Assembly (NCBI GenBank): GCA_041586955.1
Contig: JBFGZE010000068.1
Span: forward strand, 1 to 19,357
Source: Bacteriovoracaceae bacterium
GTDB lineage: Bacteria; Bdellovibrionota; Bacteriovoracia; Bacteriovoracales; Bacteriovoracaceae
DNA length: 19,357 nucleotides
Reading direction: 5' to 3'
Both the position numbers and the translations under genes were made by a program. Below are positions 17,152 through 19,357 of the stretch, one piece after another; within the stretch, counting starts at the first letter, position 1; each line of letters opens with the position of its first letter. The notes below the pieces were generated by a model. That model saw nothing but the letters and a program-made list of their open reading frames with translations, did no database searches and was not told the origin of the DNA.

Positions 17152-17181
17152 ATCATATGGCCTAGCAACACGCAATGGCAA
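17152..17181 (-). promoter_or_regulatory. Putative sigma70 promoter
   Basis: TTGCCA (17181-17176)-N18-TATGAT (17157-17152); predicted +1 G near 17145. Confidence 0.55.
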
Positions 17182-17270
17182 AGGTTTATGAAGAGATTAC
17201 AAATACTTAAGTGGTGTATTTTTAATACAATAAAAATGACAAAGCCACTCCAAAACATTATAGATAAATC

Positions 17271-17648
17271 ATGGAAGAAAAATTTATTATTTTTGGTATA
17301 CAAAATGATGAACTTAACCAGAAGCTTCTTGGAATTCTAGAGGATGCTGAGGTCAATTTCGAGTTCCGAGATTATAGGAACTTCCCGCCCACTCCTCAAC
17401 AATTAAGCCGCTGGGCAGAATTTGAGGGCGAAGACTTTCCTATTAACGGGAGAAGTTCTTTTTTTAAAAAAAATAAAAAACATTTTATTAAACTTGATGA
17501 CGCTGAAAAATACCAATGGCTCAGTAAAAATTATCACGCGATCCTAAAACCAATTATTGAGGATGATAGTGAAAATGTTCTCTCCATTGGCGGACGGCCA
17601 GAACGCCTAGCGGTTCAAGTCTTCAACCTTGAAAAAGATTTATTTTAA
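17271..17648 (+). CDS. ArsC/Spx/YffB-family thioredoxin-fold protein lacking the catalytic Cys
   Basis: IFGIQND...FEFRDYRNFPPTPQQLSRW...INGRSSFFKK...AILKPII aligns by eye to YffB-type YGIxNC...F.DYR...N.R...IKRP. Confidence 0.75.
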   Translation: MEEKFIIFGIQNDELNQKLLGILEDAEVNFEFRDYRNFPPTPQQLSRWAEFEGEDFPINGRSSFFKKNKKHFIKLDDAEKYQWLSKNYHAILKPIIEDDSENVLSIGGRPERLAVQVFNLEKDLF

Positions 17649-17821
17649 AAATCCCCTCATCACTAAACAAAATCCAACTAACCACTCTCCTAAATGCTTT
17701 GAGTCTTATTATCCTGTAAAACCAAGAACTTAATAAAAAATGGATAGAAATACTGACATTAGGGCGGTGAAATGGTTCAATAAACCGCACACAAAATTTT
17801 GATTCATCAGCCGGAGTAAAA

Positions 17822-18784
17822 ATGGATTCTCTTTCCTTATCAGAATTAAAAATTGACAACCCTTACCTTAGGCCTAATACCGACGTATCCGAGCTCGAAA
17901 AAAGTATTCGTGCAATAGGACTTATCGCTCCCCTTGTGGTCGACCAAGACAATAAATTATTGGCCGGAGGACGTCGCTACCAGGCCCTCAAAAACCTCGG
18001 TTGGAGTGAAGCACCAATTTTGAGAGTCAGTGGTGATGATTATCAAAAAGAATTAATTTCTATCGATGAAAACCTGGTTCGAAAAGATCTCAATAAATTA
18101 GAACTCGAGGCCAACCTAAGAAGGGCCAAGGAGCTCTACACCACCATTCTTAACCAAGATAGTAAACAAAGAGAAGAAGTTGAGAAGGAATTGGAAGTAA
18201 CGCCATTAGAAGGCGAATTTGAAATGGAAGAAGAGGGCGGTAATGATTCTGTTGAAGTCATCGCTTCCCAGAAATTTGTAAAAGATATTAGTGAAAAAAC
18301 AGGTATGAGCCCCCGTCAAATTTACCAGGCGATCAAACGAGATGAGAAGGCCGCCGACGAAGTCAAAGATGCCCGTGGAAATGGTGAATTATCAATTTCT
18401 CAAACAAATGAAATTATCCGACTCGATAAAAAAGACCAGGAAAAGTTATTACCCTTGCTTAAGGATAAGACAGTAAGTGAAATTAAAAAGCTCATTAAAA
18501 CGACAAAGGCCTTAGGTGTCGATGCAGCAATAGAAGATGGACTTAACGAAGAACCCTCCGCCCGTGAATTTAAACAATTAATTCTCGTTGCGAAAAAGAT
18601 GACTAAATTAGCGTCCCGCCTGGAAATTGAAAATGTTTCTCTGCAAGGTGATTTGGCCAAAAAAGTTCAAACAGAATGGCTTCTTCTGCAGGAAACGATG
18701 GACAAGCTCCTCGGCATTAATAATAGCATGGCAATTGAGGACCTTCACTCAAACTCTCAGGAAATAGAGAACTCTTTTCAATAG
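17822..18784 (+). CDS. ParB/Srx N-terminal domain protein with HTH (orphan ParB-like)
   Basis: ELEKSIRAIGLIAPLVV..LLAGGRRYQAL, ENLVRKDLNKLE, HTH ISEKTGMSPRQIYQAI; SD GGAG. Confidence 0.85.
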   Translation: MDSLSLSELKIDNPYLRPNTDVSELEKSIRAIGLIAPLVVDQDNKLLAGGRRYQALKNLGWSEAPILRVSGDDYQKELISIDENLVRKDLNKLELEANLRRAKELYTTILNQDSKQREEVEKELEVTPLEGEFEMEEEGGNDSVEVIASQKFVKDISEKTGMSPRQIYQAIKRDEKAADEVKDARGNGELSISQTNEIIRLDKKDQEKLLPLLKDKTVSEIKKLIKTTKALGVDAAIEDGLNEEPSAREFKQLILVAKKMTKLASRLEIENVSLQGDLAKKVQTEWLLLQETMDKLLGINNSMAIEDLHSNSQEIENSFQ

Positions 18785-18810
18785 ATTTTTTTAGGGTATT
18801 TCTATTTCGT

Positions 18811-18844
18811 AAAAAAATGGCGACTTAATTAATAAGTCGCCATT
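18811..18844 (-). terminator. Intrinsic terminator (strongest on the minus strand, possibly bidirectional)
   Basis: AATGGCGACTTA-ATTAA-TAAGTCGCCATT perfect 12-bp stem with an A7 run on its left (U-tract on the minus strand). Confidence 0.85.
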
Positions 18845-18859
18845 CAAATTTCAATTCAA

Positions 18860-19357
18860 TTAATTTGCCATTCTATAGACTGAGAAATCAGCTACTCCCG
18901 TAGGACCCCAGCCTGGCTCTTTAGGAAACTTAAGGATACGCATATGCTCCCATGGGATTCCTTTGAGAGTATTCCAAGAGCTTGGAAACATCGTTTTTGG
19001 ATAGGGGTCTGTTGACCAACTCTGAGGATTTATAGCGTAAAGCGAAACGGCTCCACTATAGTCACCAACATAAGCACCGTATTGTTGTAATGCCTTAGCG
19101 ATGATACGCTCATAAGAAGTCATATTAAACTTACTCAAGTCTAGGTTGGGATCAAGTTGTAAATGGGCGCCCTCAGGAATCGCCCCAGGTGTCGTGACCC
19201 ATCCATCACTGGCCGTCGCAGGAGGTACAAACCCACCAGCGGCAGCTATCGGTAACGCCATAAAAAGAGCATGGTCAATACGGCCTTGCTTAAACTCTTC
19301 TGGCCAAATGATTCCTGCCATTGCGGCAAACCCTGATGCCTTAGCACCCGAGCCAGT
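18860..19357 (-). CDS. C-terminal part of an uncharacterised, probably secreted protein (5' end outside the window)
   Basis: Frame stays open to the window edge (TGSGAKASGFAAMAGIIWPEE...). Motifs G.IDHAL, PATASDG, IPEGAHLQL and ALQQYGAYVGD resemble a widespread hypothetical family. Confidence 0.8.
   Translation of the reverse strand, partial: TGSGAKASGFAAMAGIIWPEEFKQGRIDHALFMALPIAAAGGFVPPATASDGWVTTPGAIPEGAHLQLDPNLDLSKFNMTSYERIIAKALQQYGAYVGDYSGAVSLYAINPQSWSTDPYPKTMFPSSWNTLKGIPWEHMRILKFPKEPGWGPTGVADFSVYRMAN

Noticed and set aside
15759..18660. Minus-strand ORFs 15759-16082, 17623-17859 and 18400-18660
   Set aside because: Antisense to, or overlapping the ends of, the helicase, ArsC-like and ParB-like genes; no features of real proteins.
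1..19357. CRISPR arrays, tRNA/rRNA, IS elements, prophage or defence genes
   Set aside because: No regularly spaced repeats, cloverleafs, transposase, integrase or defence motifs were seen by eye.

Overview
AT-rich bacterial chromosomal segment, most likely from a predatory Bdellovibrionota (Bacteriovoracales-like); this is inferred from gene content, not from a marker gene. The core is an 11.3-kb, tightly coupled 10-gene minus-strand operon (13432->2140) resembling Agl-Glt gliding/envelope-transport machinery: MotA/TolQ/ExbB, two ExbD/TolR, a large TPR protein (GltD-like), GltF-like, GltG-like TonB-C, a multi-Ig lipoprotein, an OM beta-barrel, a GltC-like TPR protein and a vWA/MIDAS lipoprotein (CglB-like). 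Flanking genes are arfB, yciH (SUI1), a DEAD-box helicase fused to a Jag/KhpB module, a Cys-less ArsC/Spx-like protein, an orphan ParB-like protein and several hypotheticals. Non-coding highlights are an AUU-start uORF with a perfect SD coupled to the helicase, a ~130-nt promoter/terminator-bounded sRNA candidate, a shared TTGACCTTTT box upstream of three units and probable leaderless genes. No CRISPR, tRNA, rRNA or IS element was seen. All family calls come from motif recognition by eye, without database searches.
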